64,000 nucleotides of DNA, taken from Podarcis tiliguerta (Eukaryota). Made by a program: the position numbers and the translations under genes. Position 1 is the first letter of the stretch. Each line of letters begins with the position of its first letter. The stretch lies in NCBI GenBank assembly GCA_965153285.1, contig OZ229113.1; one strand, given 5' to 3'. Under the pieces are notes generated by a model. The model had not been told where the DNA came from. It ran no database searches and was given only the letters and a program-made list of their open reading frames with translations. Below are positions 49,514 through 62,959 of this stretch, one piece after another.

Positions 49514-49719
49514 CATCCTTTGGCAACCAGGTGCCTTGCAGATGTTTTAGACTACAGTTCCCATCAGTCCAGCCCACATGAACTCCTCTCTGTCCATATA
49601 TGATGAATCTACTCACTCATGAATCTCTCTGCCATTATGTGATGAATCCAATAAAACAGCTATGGCAGTTGGGAGTTGTGGACCAAAGCAACTGCAGGGC
49701 ACCCAGCTGGTGAAGGCTG
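49514..49719. mobile_element. hAT-like MITE with internal insertion
   Basis: Arms gatgttttagactacagttcccatcag ... tgggagttgtggaccaaagcaactgcagggcac, as in the 715/28790 family, separated by a short TGATGAATC-repeat insert. Confidence 0.6.
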
Positions 49720-52700
49720 ATGTACAGCATGTAACCTTTCACGGTATTGTAGGATAAGAAAAGGAAATCATCATTTTATAGAACGAAAAATGTGTTCACA
49801 GGTCAGCCAGCAGGCCTGCTATTTTGATTTCCAAACAAAATGGCTCACTTGGCAGTATTAAGGGATGGAGTGAGGGGAAGAAGAGCTGTAAGAAGTCAGG
49901 AGAGCCAAAACAAAATATGGTGCCTCAAAGAAGAAAGTATTGGGCCACAGGCAGAGCCTCACAGAATTGAGAGCATGGGTGGGGAACCTCAGACCAGGGT
50001 ACGAAATACAGCCCCCTCTCTTCTGTTTTGGACTCTCCAAAGGCCATGCCTCTTTCTTAGGCCACACTCTTCACTGACTCTGTTCCATAAGTCCCCCAGC
50101 TCCCATTGCCTGGCTGGATTGTGTCCTTGAACTCTGATAATTCCTCTTGACTGCCTGGATGGAGAGAGGTACTCAGTGCTTCTGCCCTGCCTCCAGTCTA
50201 CCTGGACATCCAAATGTATCTGTAATATTCAAATACAGCTTGCTTGTACTGTATATGCTGTTTTCATGGACAAAATGTAGTCATTGGCCCTTCTATCAGA
50301 GCCCACACTTGTTGGATACCTTAGTGTTGACACGTTAAGGCTTGGTGTAAGTATCCTTCCAGAGATATTGGTAGAGGGGCAGAATCACGAAGTGAGTGGG
50401 GTGTGTAGGCATGCTGGCCGCCCTCTCGGCCATGCAGATGGACTGGGTCAGGAAGAGGCATTGTTCAGTAACTGTTTGATGCCTTAACCTTGTTCAGTCA
50501 CTGTTTGGTCCTGTAATACTGTTTGGTTGACAACAGTGATACATAGGTCACCAATATGGGCTGTTGCTCATTTGTGGAATTTCCTTGCTCTCTAATCTTG
50601 TCAAAGGATGAGCCAGGTCACCATTTGGAGCTCTGTACAGTTTAGAAAAGGTTTTTAATGAGATTCTCATGTTCATGAAATAGACAATTAAAAGCACAAG
50701 TCAATGCTCTGGCCCTTGCTTCCAGTGGTAGTTCAACGTCAGTACCGCTTTTAAATATACAAATATTCCTTGTTTGCATTTGGAGGTTGGAAGAGGAGCT
50801 GATGGACTCTAAGCGAGGCTGTTTAACTGCTCTGTTATTTTTATTTGTTTATCCTTTATGTGCTTTTCAAGACTAGCAATCAGCCTGGGCATATAATAAA
50901 CTGGCACACCACTACATGCAGCCTGGGTTCCAAAGCAAGTGCCCTTCAACACATGCTTATTATATTTATTTATAAAAATATTTGTATACCACAATTTCAT
51001 TTAAAAGGAAATCAGAATGATTCACAACAATTTGTGGGGGAGCATGTGTGGTAATTGCCTCCATACGCCTGACAGCAAAGAAGAATCTTCAGCAAACACT
51101 TGAAAGTCATAACCAGTGTTGTGATTAATGCCCCTATATTTTTTGGTGATAAGAGGGAGCAGAAGGTAACTAGACGCTGACCTGAAACAGGCCAGGGAGA
51201 AAGGAAATTCAAACCACTTTCGGTGGGTGTGGCTTAATGCATTAATGTGCTGGGTCATGGAGAAGAGATCACAGCTGCTCATTTTGCTGCTGTTGCACTG
51301 CTGCACACTAAGCTGTGGTTTGAGATAGCATATCACCTGAACCTGGGCTCTGCGTTTGTCTTGCTGCTTGGGTTTGCAGCTTGGTCTGGGAGAGATAAAC
51401 CATGAGGCTGGTTTCAGGCAACATACTATGCCAAAACACTGCCTTAGCTTGCAGCAGGAAACTTGGGGAGGAACACAGCAGCTGCGATCTCCTTTTGGGA
51501 AACCCTCACCCTCACTTGTTCATTATGGTTTGGCTTAGTGTTGCGTGTGAAGCTACTCTGTGTGTAATATCTCTCTCCAATCCAGATTTCTTAGGGGTTC
51601 AGGTGCTCTGATATGTCCATGTAGCTACTCATATTGCTAGAGTTTCTCCACCCTTTTCAACAGAGCGAAATATTCCACATATCCATTTTGTCCCCATTTG
51701 CCAGTTATATGATTCTATTTAAATTAATTGGGAAACACATAGAAGGCAGGGCTTTGGCAAGAAGTGACTGCGTGGCATTCTTCTGAGTTGTCGGTTTAGT
51801 TTTGTGATGCTATTTTAGAAGTAAAGGAGAAAATCTTAAGAAAGGAATGCACTTCATTCCCAGCTTTGAAATGGAAAAGGCTATGCAGACTGCATGCATG
51901 ACCATCGCTGATCCCAGGGTGTGAAGTTAATATCCAGGAGGGCATAACGGACCAAAACAGTGATCATACTGTTATGTGTTCATACATAGATTTAATAGTT
52001 TCAGATCAGAACCTCCTTGTAGACATTTCATGGGAGTGGAGCATGAAGACATGTCTCACCATGTAAGCTCTTTAGTCCTATAAGAAAGCAGTGGATCTTG
52101 CAATTCTATATTCTCCACACTCCCACTTTCTCATGGTTGGTGCTGACTAAGGAATGTAATAAGATTTGCATTGGTTTCTGACATGTACAAGGAGATAGAT
52201 TTCTCATTTAGAAGCTTTCCCTGCTGCTTCTTTCCATTTATTCTGCAAATTACACACATTGGCTGAGAGGCTGGCACATTCTGTTGACCACATAGCAGGA
52301 CGGGCTTGGCAGATGCATTTGTGCTTACAGTGCATTGCTATTCTGCATTTTTAATAATGCAACTCATTTACAAACCTTCCAAATGTAAGAATTTGAAATG
52401 AATTTTTAATCCCAAATTTAACATTAAAGTTTAACATGTATCCAAAGTTTCCAGTGAAGGAATTTACTCTTTGCAAGACTTGAGAAAGAAAGCTGTTTAC
52501 CCTTCAGGGCTCAGAGCTGGACAACGCTAAATGTCCTGCTGTAAGAAAACCTGTAGGTGGATTTTTGTTTCTGAAAAACACTTTGAATGGGAAATGAGAA
52601 TTTCCCATACAGGGGATGGGACCCATTGCCTCCTACTTCAGCTGTGGACATATGAACTGCCTTGACTGATTAATCCAACATCCATCTGGTGCAGGAGTAG

Positions 52701-52933
52701 CCAACCTGATGCATTCCTGATGTTGTTAGAGACTCATCATCTGAGCCAGCATGACCTATGGTCAGGGATTATGGAAACCAGCCTATACCCATGATGGAGT
52801 TGTCAGCAGGCTTCAGGAAAACATTACAAAGGGTGGCTCTTAAAGGCTGGGGGAAACCAAAATGGCATAAAGAGCATGCTCAGAATGCTGCCTGGCTGTT
52901 GGTGGAAGGGAGTATGGAAAACTAGGGAGAGGA

Positions 52934-53177
52934 TAACGCTAGTGGGATTTCAAGAAGTTCTGTAAATGATAGAGGACTATTATGTTGATGAAAACTAAGT
53001 GTGTGAAGGTTTATAAAATGCAATATAAAATTAGGAAATGCGTATTTAAAAATTTGAATAATGGATGATTGTCAGAGAGGTTGAAGGAAGTCTAAAAGAG
53101 AAAATATGTAATAAATTTAGATTGGATACTATAAATGTATGTTGGAAAATTTAATAATTTTTTTTTTTAAAAAAAGA
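52934..53177 (+). mobile_element. 5'-truncated non-LTR retrotransposon 3' UTR insertion (probably L1 clade)
   Basis: Perfect 18-bp TSD GGAAAACTAGGGAGAGGA at 52916-52933 and 53178-53195; AT-rich body ending in a T/A-rich tail. Confidence 0.75.
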
Positions 53178-55977
53178 GGAAAACTAGGGAGAGGAACTAT
53201 CCTGGAGGAAGCTATGGTTGGATGGCCTGAAGAGGTGCATTCCACACTGCAAGAGTTTGTTGTAGCTTTTAATTATCATGGCTAATAGCCATTTGTAGGT
53301 GGCTGCTGAAATTTGTCTGATCCTTTCTAAAAAGCCATCTAAGCTCCTGGCCATCACCATATCTTATGGTGGTCAGTCTTCAGGTTCCCAAGATCTTTCC
53401 CAGGGTTGTTAACGAAAAGGCTGCTGATAACTTAGCGTCCCCCACCTCCCCCAAATCCTCATATCTGGTTTATCTCCATTCCTCTCTCCCAGGATTCCCT
53501 TGCTTTGGTAAGGATTTAAGCATCACTATTTCTAGAACGCTTGCAGAAGGTACTAAGGCCCAGCACACAGCTTGCAGATCATTTGGCTGGTTCAGTTTTC
53601 TTGTTGCACTAGCTAGTTTCAATTGTTTGCTCCTTTTGGCATTTCACACAGTTACAGGAAGAAGTCAGGCCCCTTCCTGGCAAGCACAGGTGTTGCCTTG
53701 TTTTCATGCCACTCTTCTGAAGCAACCCCACGCCCCAACCAGTTCACTACCCATTCCTTTTGCTCCGATTCACGGCCAATTCTTTTGGCCCTGGCACTGC
53801 CTTGGCCAGGTCATGAAACCATGTTTCTCTTCTTTCCTGTGGGAGCAGAGAATCTACCACATAGATCTCCTTCAGCTGGAATATCTCCTTTTTTACCCCC
53901 CCCCCCCCATGTTTGAATGGAGACATTTTTTTTAAAAAAAAAGGTATATTGTTCATGTGCTGATTGCAGTTTGTTTAATTTCGAGCTGTGGGTAAAGGCA
54001 GAATGAGCTCCCTTTGTTTTTCTGCATCTACTTTGGGTTATAAAGGCTTACTGTAGTTCTCTCCTCCTTAATTACTTGGCAATTGGCATAAGGAGTCCCT
54101 GAGGAATATCACTGAGAAAAACTTGCTGAAAAACCCATTCCCACTCCCTCTCCTCCCAAAGTTGAAATGTTAAGGAAATAGAGGTTCTACTGCAATTTCC
54201 TTTTTTCATTTAGAATGTATTCCTTTGTTTAGCTCACTTTGTACCCTAAGCCTTCAAGACAGGGCAGAGCAGGACTGGTTGTAAATCCACATTATAGATT
54301 AGCCATCGGAGTGCTTGACACTTTCAAGCAGACCTTTATTTGAGCCATGACACAGTCCCAGAATCTGCCTGCCACATGTAATATCTTGTCACCCATATTT
54401 GACAACAGTGAGGACTTTTGTTTCCCACTTGTAGGATAGCTAGAAGGGAGGGTGCCTTCCCTTCCATAAAGTTTAAGTTTGTCCCAAATGTAGGACCTAA
54501 CCAAGCCCAGGTCCTCAACACATCCAATTCCTATTGATGGCTATGGAAATAACACAAGACACAGAAGATACACTGATAAAGTTGTATGACAGCCACACAT
54601 TCTGTCTTGTAGGTGATTTGAAATAAAGATTTGTGTGTACAACCCACTTTTGCTTTTTGGCAAACTGATAATATAGTAGTAGAAATCCCAAGTTTTGATA
54701 TAGCATACATACTAGATTAACAGACCTAGTTGATTTGGGATTGAATATCTAAGAAGATAGGAGAAAGATTACAAACCCAAACCAGTGTATCCTCCCAGAG
54801 CAGCTTTTGTGTGTGTTTGTCTCTAGATTGCAAATGCACTCCAAAAAGATTGGAGATCCCTGCTGTAGATATTCCCAAACCAGAAAAGGAATAGGAATAC
54901 TCAGATCTTTTGCCTGTTTTTATCAGATACCTTTTAATGTTCACCAGTGACAGTCTTAACAGAAGCTTCACCCATTCCATTAAAGCAGCCCTATCAGGCT
55001 CCTCCTTTGATGCATCCTCCTAGCATTAGTCTTTCATCAGGCTACAGAAGGAGAAACATACTAACTTGTGTTTCCTGGTGCCTGCATTGCTTTGCCATGT
55101 CTAAAGGGGAACATTTCCATTCTTCACAAGGCAATATATACCATCTGCCCCAGCCTTAGGAAATTGCACATCTCTTCACCAGAAAAACTGCAAAAGTTAC
55201 TCATTAGACACATAGGAGAAGCAGAACATGAAGCACAAGCCAAGCCTTGCTGAAATAGCTCTCAGAGATGCTTCCAGTCTTATTTGTCTGAAAATATAGG
55301 TTTGATAACTTTCAATGCAAATAATGTTTGACTAAAGACCGAACATTAACAAAAAAGTAAGGAAGAAATTATTTTAAATAAATCACCATATTTTAATATA
55401 TAGAATCAAATATGAGTTGAGACATTTGTGCCTGTTTCTTATATCTGAAAGCATTTTTGTGTATTAAAGATGTATGATGAGGTCACATGTTCCCATCCTA
55501 AGCTTCTGTTCATGCAGCCTTCTTTTAAAACTTTCTGAAGCGTTTAGTTGACATTTTACTGGCTTGTCGTGTGTCACGAGGAAAACATATGAACAAAATG
55601 GTCTGGTCCTCTGGGATAACTTTTAGATGTATAACAGGTATAAATAGAAAGTTCAAGCATTATTCATTTATGGAGCTTATTAAGGAGAAATATGTCTTAA
55701 AACTAAGAATTTGAGGATGATAAAAATGGTTTCACACTGGTGTGTGTAAAGAGACTTGGAAAAAATGTCAGGCCTTTTCTGGATTTTTGGATGGAGGGAA
55801 GAGAGTGGGCAAGCAGGTCATGCTGTTATTGTGAAAACAACACACGAATTCTGGTCAAATAGGCAAGCCTGAGGTCACAGGCAGGTGATGTGTTAAGAAT
55901 AGAGAAGAACCGTAAAGGATGACTAAAGCAACAACAACAGCAGGAAAAGAAGCTGGAGGATAATCTAGAGGATGGAA

Positions 55978-56039
55978 AGGACAGAGAAATATAGAATAGA
56001 TGCACCAGGACAGAGAAATATAGAATAGATGCACCAGGA
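55978..56039. repeat. 29-bp perfect tandem duplication
   Basis: AGGACAGAGAAATATAGAATAGATGCACC twice, plus AGGA. Confidence 0.95.
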
Positions 56040-56167
56040 ATGCTGAAAAGAGAGCAAACCTCAGGGGCTATGGATGTGAAGCAGGAATATGATGTAAGTT
56101 TCAGCCAGGACTTAAGCAGAAGATAGTGCTGAATTAATTCACACAGCATAAATTTGTTCGTTTAATA

Positions 56168-56411
56168 CAGTGGTACCTCGTGTTACGTACTGTCCCCCTT
56201 ATGAATGCTGTGGGTTACGCACTCCGCTAACTCGGAAGTAGATGCCCCTTGCTGCGACCTTTGCCCTGGGATGCAAGCGGAAGTTGCGCTCTGGCAGCAC
56301 GGCAGCAGCAGGAGTCACCATTAGAGAAAGTGTGCCTCATGTTACGAGCGGTTTCCTATTACGAACGGACCTCTGGAAAATGGATTAAGTCCGTAACACG
56401 AGGTACCACTA
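56168..56411. mobile_element. Tc1/mariner (Tigger/pogo-like) MITE
   Basis: TIR CAGTGGTACCTCGTGTTACG (19/20 match) with TA flanks. The body is related to the 25330 element (actccgctaac, ccattag..aaagtg, acggacctc). Confidence 0.9.
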
Positions 56412-56425
56412 TATGTCAAAGTGAC

Positions 56426-56467
56426 TGTTTCCTGTATTTATATTGTGTTTCCTGTATTTATATTGTG
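56426..56467. repeat. 20-bp tandem duplication
   Basis: TGTTTCCTGTATTTATATTG twice. Confidence 0.93.
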
Positions 56468-56479
56468 GTAGATTTAAAC

Positions 56480-56959
56480 CAGGCATGTCCAACTCCCAAG
56501 AGACTGTGATCTATTGCCAGTACCGTCACACCTCATGTTACGTTTGCTTCAGGTTGCGCGTTTCCAGAAGTACCAGAAAGGATTACTTCCAGGTTTCGCC
56601 GCTTGTGCATGCGCAGAAGCAGCGAATCGCGACCCGCAGATGCAGGTATGGTTCTGCTCATGTTGCAAATGGGCCTCCGGAACAGATCCTGTTCGCAGCC
56701 AGAGGTACTACTGTATAAAAAAAACTGGCAGTGATCTACCCATTGTCATTGGAGGGAGGAGGAGCATGCGTGGGGTGGGTGGATTGCCCAGAGAGTTGTT
56801 GAGCTTTTTTTTAGGAGGGAAGTGCCCAGAGTTGTTAAGCTTGTTTGGAGGGATTGCACACAGAGTTTTTAAGTCCCCCCCCCCCATAACTTTTTGTACA
56901 TGATAAGGATCCCGTGATCTACCAGGAGCAGCCGGGGATCTACTGGTTGGACATCCCTG
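56480..56959. mobile_element. hAT-type non-autonomous element
   Basis: TIR CAGGCATGTCCAAC vs CAGGGATGTCCAAC (13/14) and a perfect 8-bp TSD ATTTAAAC (56472-56479, 56960-56967). Confidence 0.9.
56523..56713. mobile_element. Tc1/mariner MITE nested inside the hAT element
   Basis: TA flanks, right end GAGGTACTACTG, decayed left end CCGTCACACCTC, and a body similar to the 25330/56168 MITEs (gcttcaggtt, gggcctccggaac). Confidence 0.75.
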
Positions 56960-57005
56960 ATTTAAACTATAGTATAGGAATATACTGAATCACAGTGAGA
57001 GATAT

Positions 57006-57141
57006 TAGAAATGAAATTTGTGACCCTCCAGATGTTGTTTAACTCCAAATCCCACCAGTCCCAGACAGCAGAGACAAAGGTCAGGAATTGTGAGAGTTGC
57101 AGTCCAACGACATCTAGGCTGCCACAGGTTCCTCATACCTG
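57006..57141. mobile_element. hAT-like MITE (715/28790 family)
   Basis: gtgaccctccagatgttg ... gagttgcagtccaacgacatctaggctgccacaggttcctcatacctg. Confidence 0.65.
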
Positions 57142-57886
57142 GTGAAAGGGCATCAAGGCCACTAGTTTTTAACAAAACTGGGCACTGCAATTCTCCTTTT
57201 CTGGAAACTGCACACTATTTGAGGATTTTCAGTGGGCATATCAGTAATGGTGGACAAGCTTCCTTGAAAGATGTCTTGCCCATCATTAACGAAAGTTCCT
57301 TTGAATTTTATTCAGAGTTGTATCAGGATACGACTTCATTAGCCGATGATACCAGAGTGGGTTACGAGTAAAGCAAAAAGCTCAATTAAAAAAAGTAAAA
57401 TAACTAAAACAAATAAAATTTAACTGCAGTACAATAAAACAGCATGCTAACAATTTTCACACACTAAATCAGCACCCAGAAAAAGATAATAACTGGCTGA
57501 ATAGGTAAGTTTTCAGCCAGCAACTAAAAAGTAAATGATGGCAGCATCTGTACCTCCAGGGAAAAAGAGTTTCACAGTACAAGGGCCACCACAGAGAAGG
57601 CCCTGTGCTGACTCTAAGTCACTGTGCACTGAGCTTGCCTCATCGATGGGACCACAGGAAGGGCTGCTCTTAATGCATGCCCTGTGCTGTTTTAAAACAT
57701 CTTTATCATTTATTAGTCACTATTCAATTCAGTAAAATCAAAATACTTTGGCTTCACAGAATCACAGCAAGGTCCCTGCAGAAGTGGCCAGTTAAAACGT
57801 TTTAAATGTAGACCTTGGGGGCTACAAACATTTCGTGTCATGGATACCACAGTGGGGAAATCATTGTAACTATCAATAAACATTTA

Positions 57887-57989
57887 CCGTATTTTTCAGT
57901 GTATAAGACTAGGCTTTTTCCCTGTAGAAATAATGTCAAAAAGCAGGGGCGTCTTATACATGGGGGCGTCTTATAGATGAAAAAACTGG
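57887..57989. mobile_element. Short decayed Tc2/pogo-like MITE (relative of the 8198 element, no array)
   Basis: TA plus CCGTATTTTTCAGTGTATAAGAC on the left and a doubled GCGTCTTATA subterminal motif on the right, as in the 8198 element. Confidence 0.65.
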
Positions 57990-59019
57990 TGTGAGTGTGT
58001 GTTTTAAGTGACAAGCTGAGGGTGTCTCTGAGGCCACAAGACTCCTTTGGCAGTGGGGCAAATGTGGCCCATGGTATCTAGGTTTTCCTTTAGGATAACA
58101 ATGGAGTTTAGATGTATAAACCATGGTGGCAAAGGAATGCCATGCTACTTTATGGGAAGTTGGGGGGGTACTCAAAAATGGTGATTAGTTAACCTATGAG
58201 AATGAATACTAATTCATGCCAGTGGTTTATTTATTTATTTAACAGCTAAAATGCAAAATACACCATAGTGCCATGATGCCTAAAGTACATGAAACAGCAT
58301 TCAAATAGTATGGTTTATAAGAAAATGAGAGGGGGAGCATCTATGAAATAGCTTGTATTTATAGTTCTTTTATCTTTATCACTGTAGAATTGTATGCCTT
58401 ATCAGAAAGTGCATTTACTCATGGAAGCCAGGGTACCCAATTTTTGCTGAGCTTCCCTCCACAATTCCATTTAAGTCCTCCATCCCTTCCATAAAGCTGC
58501 TTCTAAAGTTTGATGACCCTCTGGAATAGAGTGAGAAATGGCATGAAGTGCAGTGATGGGCAGGGCGGGGGATTGGAGAAAATGGAGTATCCTGTCTTGT
58601 GCAAGCGGGACCACTTGGAACGCTGGCAAAGCCACCATTGTATGCAATCCATTTTATTCATTTTTATATGTGCTATCACGTGGGTGTGATAAAACAATGC
58701 ATAATTCAGAAGAGAGAGCTGTTTGTTTAAACATATCGGTGCCTTGTTATTTCTGGAGCATGCATTTGCGTCATCGTTAAGATAGCTTGGGTTTTTCCAG
58801 ACAGTCATAATGGAAGCAGAGAGCAGTCCCACCTGAGGCCTGTTACAGAGTCCCGGTGGAGAGGATGTCGACATCTGAAGTGCAGAGACAAAACAAAGTG
58901 GGCTGGTTTTGAGGACCAGGAATGTGTTTCTCTTACTCTTCACACTTTAGTTAGGAGTGCAGGAAGCAGCCTAATACTATGTCAGTCCAGTGGTCCATCT
59001 AACTCAGTGTTGTCTATAC

Positions 59020-59300
59020 CAGTGGTTCTCAAACTTTTTTCCTCTGGGCCATACTTTCAGATTTTTCACACTTTTCTCTCTCGCGCCACACCAATTTTAA
59101 AATTGATAAGAAATACACTAGAAAACAAAAAGAAACAACTCCTAGCAGTGCTTGATTCATAACATAGAACACAACCATTTTATAATGTGATCATGGGACA
59201 TCCAGAAGTTGGAATTGCAAGTGTTTGCTTATTTGTCCCATGTCTGCAAAAGGAAATAAATCTAGCAAATACTAATCAATATTTGCTACTTCTGCTGCTG
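59020..59300 (+). mobile_element. hAT-like DNA transposon end fragment
   Basis: CAGTGGTTCTCAAACTTTTT terminus directly after a SINE tail fragment (58955-59019). No right end found. Confidence 0.5.
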
Positions 59301-60360
59301 TTTTTAGTCTGCAAACAGTAATTGATGCACACACAAACACACCCCGTCAATTTAAATTGTGTTTCATTTGCATTGAAATGACTGGGCTTTGCACTGAAAT
59401 TAACGATGTGGAAATAATTACATCATTGAATTTGTAACTTACATAAATTACATTAAATAGTGGACTATGAGACCAATAGCATAGTATTTGGGGGGGGAAA
59501 CCAAACTGCTGCGGAACAGAAGCAGCGCAGATTGTGACAAAGGCTGCTTGGAATGGAAACGACTGGCTTCTTTCACCCCATCTTTAACAGCACATGCAGC
59601 TGCTAGTTCTATAAATCCTCTGCCCCTGAGTTACACCCCCTTCCCCATTTGTTCTGACAGGAACAAAGGTGTCTAGCACGAAGGTGTATGGGTTATGTAT
59701 TGCACTCTTCTTACTATTATGAATGATGGATTGTGTTATCGCATCCTTGTGATTCAGGAGTAAAATGGCTCACACACCACACACAAGACCACACTTTTAT
59801 ACTCTGCATTAATTAATCCACCATGTCCTAGTTCTAGACAGAGTCACTAAAATAGATTAAAAACCTCACTTTACAGTAAACATATATTAGCAGGGTTGAA
59901 AGGATGGTTAATGGTACCAAGGATAATTATTCTGCATTAAGTGATCTAGAATATTCACCATCAGTTTGGTACTGTTCCATTTTCCATCCTGTAAAGGGTT
60001 ATAGGAGTGCATCTCAGAGGTCTCCCATGCTGTGCTTTCTAGAGAAAATCAGTTGCTCTTTCTGTGGTGCAAAGAGGCATCGCAGGATCAATTAGCAAAT
60101 GGGGCTGCCATTTTTAATGATTGACTTTATTAAATCAGCTACATTTTCCAGCACAAATTAAAATCTAGCTCCCATTTAAATCAGCAGTTTGGCCAAATTA
60201 AATATTTGAGTCTTCTCCAGGGTTTGTTCTGCTTGCTCCCTACTGTGACTAGGGCTGCAGTCTAAAAATCTCTGAATCAATTGCAAGTCCTAGTGGAGTT
60301 GTGCTTACTTTGGCAGTTTGTTGCCATGTGCAAATTAGTTTAGAATATACACACACTCTT

Positions 60361-60525
60361 TAGGAATATAGGAAGCAGCCTGGTACTGAGTCAGACCACT
60401 GACTGGCAGCATCTCTTCAGGGTTTCAGGTGAGATTTTCTCCCAGCCCTACCTGGAGATTCCAGGGATTAAACCTGAGACCTTCTGCATACAAAGCAGAT
60501 GCTGTGCCACTGAGCTTTGGTCCTT
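60361..60525 (-). mobile_element. tRNA-Ala-derived SINE with internal deletion
   Basis: Reversed tRNA-Ala head (cctggagattccagggattaaacctgagaccttctgcatacaaagcagatgctgtgccactgagct) and the tail ggaatataggaagc. Confidence 0.8.
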
Positions 60526-61229
60526 CTCGTTCAGGCCAGACTTCGATTTTTTTTATGTAACAAAGTCAGCATATCATAGAATCATAAGGTTATGCATATC
60601 TTATTTCTGTCTGGTGAGCAATGTATCAGGTGTTGAGACTCGTCACGTTCCACTCAAGTTTTTAGCAGGACATTTCTTACATAACAATTACCACGCAAAA
60701 ACAATGAATTGGAAAGTGGTGGAAGGGAGCGAGAGAGGCTGAAGGAACTGTTTCAGTAAGTGGCACTTACTTGTGTTTAATTGCTGTTGACTTCTGTCCT
60801 CCTGGCAGAAAATCTCTATCCCTCTGATTGCATTCATTTGCAAAGGGTGTTTAATAGGAAGATATGTCTTTGGCACTGATAAACATTTGGGTTAATGAAG
60901 TTAAAACGTTCCTCTGCATTCAAAATGCCCCTCTGCCCAGGGGTTACAACAAGATGCCCTTTGTATTTGAGTCCTCAACCTTCCTCTAGAATAGAAAAAG
61001 TGATTTGCACTAGCAATGGGCTCCCCCCCCCCCCCCATTATCAGGCATATGACAGGGTCTGACTCCATACCCGAAATCTGCTTCTGCCATCCACTTTATG
61101 AAATCCACTTTATCTGGGAAGACTTTTTTTGGAAGATGGCTGTGCATGAATTTATGTGTCGAGATCAGTGCATGCTGACCAATGCACAGTCTTTACAGTA
61201 AGGCTCTATTCCAGTATCACAACGACCGG

Positions 61230-61470
61230 TAGATTTTTATGTGCTGCAGCCTTCATCTGCCTTCACAGCCATTGTAACATACTGCTTGTTACCTTCCACC
61301 TGTTCTGCCATTGAGGACTTCTTGGATCATTCTTTGTCTAGCTCCTCCCCTTTGACCTTACCCTTTTGGGTGACACTTCTGGGAGTACGAGACTCCTGAC
61401 AGCTTTGCTCACAAGGATCACAGGAATGTGCAAACCCACTCACCACAACAAGGTGATGATCCAGAGAGTG
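61230..61470 (-). mobile_element. RTE-clade retroelement 5'-region relic
   Basis: cccctttgaccttacc...ggatcacaggaatgtgcaaacccactcaccacaacaaggtgatgatcc resembles reversed RTE 5' ends, from recall only. Confidence 0.45.
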
Positions 61471-62959
61471 ACTTTATTTGGGATTGTAGTCTGAGCCACT
61501 GGAAAACTGGGGGCAGTGGGATCTGATTCAGGCTACTGTAGTACTTATAGGGGTATGCAGAATTTGTAGTTCGAACTGGGTCAATGGGAAGTTGGGTGAC
61601 ATCACTAATTCAAGCATGTTCCAAGGTTTTTTTTTATTCAGTCTTCATCATCTTCCTACTCACGGCAAAGGTACTGTCTGATTCATTCACTTTTACACAT
61701 AAGTTAAAACGACATAATGTAGCTTCATGTAGAGAAGAATGTTCCCCTTTCCAGGGTGACGCAAGTGTTTTTATCAATGATATATCGCTTGTTCTCATGT
61801 TACACTTAATACAGGCACAAACTAACTCGTACAAGTGTGCAAGTGTTTGTGTGAAAGAGTGCACTTGTTGATTTGCACAGCTCAGCTATTGTGTACACAG
61901 GCTCTACACTTTTTAAGGGTTACACAGGACTAACTATGAATGTGCAGCTATTGAGTACAAAGATAGAGGGGTGCCTTTGTTGAATACACTGTATGAACAC
62001 CCCTTTAATGATGGCAAGACATCTTGCATAATGCCACCATGTACACTATTTTATTATTTATTCCATTTATATGCCATTCTTCCTCCCAAAGGAACCTGTT
62101 CACTAACAGACCAAATCACATTGTCGAGGCCAATTAGATAAAGCAGCACAGGAGACAAATGGGAGCAAGGACAGTGAGAGCTAAGAAGGAGAGAGTTGGC
62201 ACCAAGAAAAATCAGCAGCTTCTAGAGCCAAAGAAAGCCAAAGAGCATCAAAACAAAACAAAAGTTCAGTGGAGGGCAGAGTGGATACAATTAGTTCAGA
62301 TGGAGCAAATATACTAATTCCATAGGGAATATCAGAATTAAAGGCTCAGTCATACTCTCTGTGAGCAGGAGTGCCAATGTTATAGTCCACAAATTACATT
62401 TGGGGTTGCAGCAAATGAATTGCATGCAGAAGTCACAGACTGCTTCCATGAGCCTGGCTCTGAGACTCAGCCTGCCACTGCACCAAATTTTGATTTGTTT
62501 CCCTTGAGCAATACTTCTAAACATCTGAAAAGCACGAAGGGAGTGTTATTGTTATTGTGATTATTACTGGAGGAATACAACACTGATTTATTATTAATAA
62601 TATTGTCTCTGGTGATTATTTATATAGCAACAAAAATAAATTCTAAGTACTTTTCTACTTCCCCAGTCTGCAGGCTCTTTGGGATCCTGATAGCAAATGT
62701 TCAGATCCCAGATCTTAATGACCACAGTGTATTTGTTTGATTGATACTTCTCTCTGTGTCGGCTCTCATACATAGCAGTGCTAAAGCAGATTCTTCCCTT
62801 CACCCATCTGTCTGACTGCCATTTTTGTCATCCTTATTTACACTCCAGCACACATGTGCAGACCTTAAGATGATTCCAGCCTATGTAACCCCATATCGGT
62901 TTGCCCACACCCCATGGGTTATGTTTCCAAACGCCTCTTGGGGGTCCTTCCCCCCCTCC

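Noticed and set aside
62822-62836. Partial match to miR-204/211 mature sequence (TTTGTCATCCT)
   Set aside because: The seed region is missing and there is no precursor hairpin.
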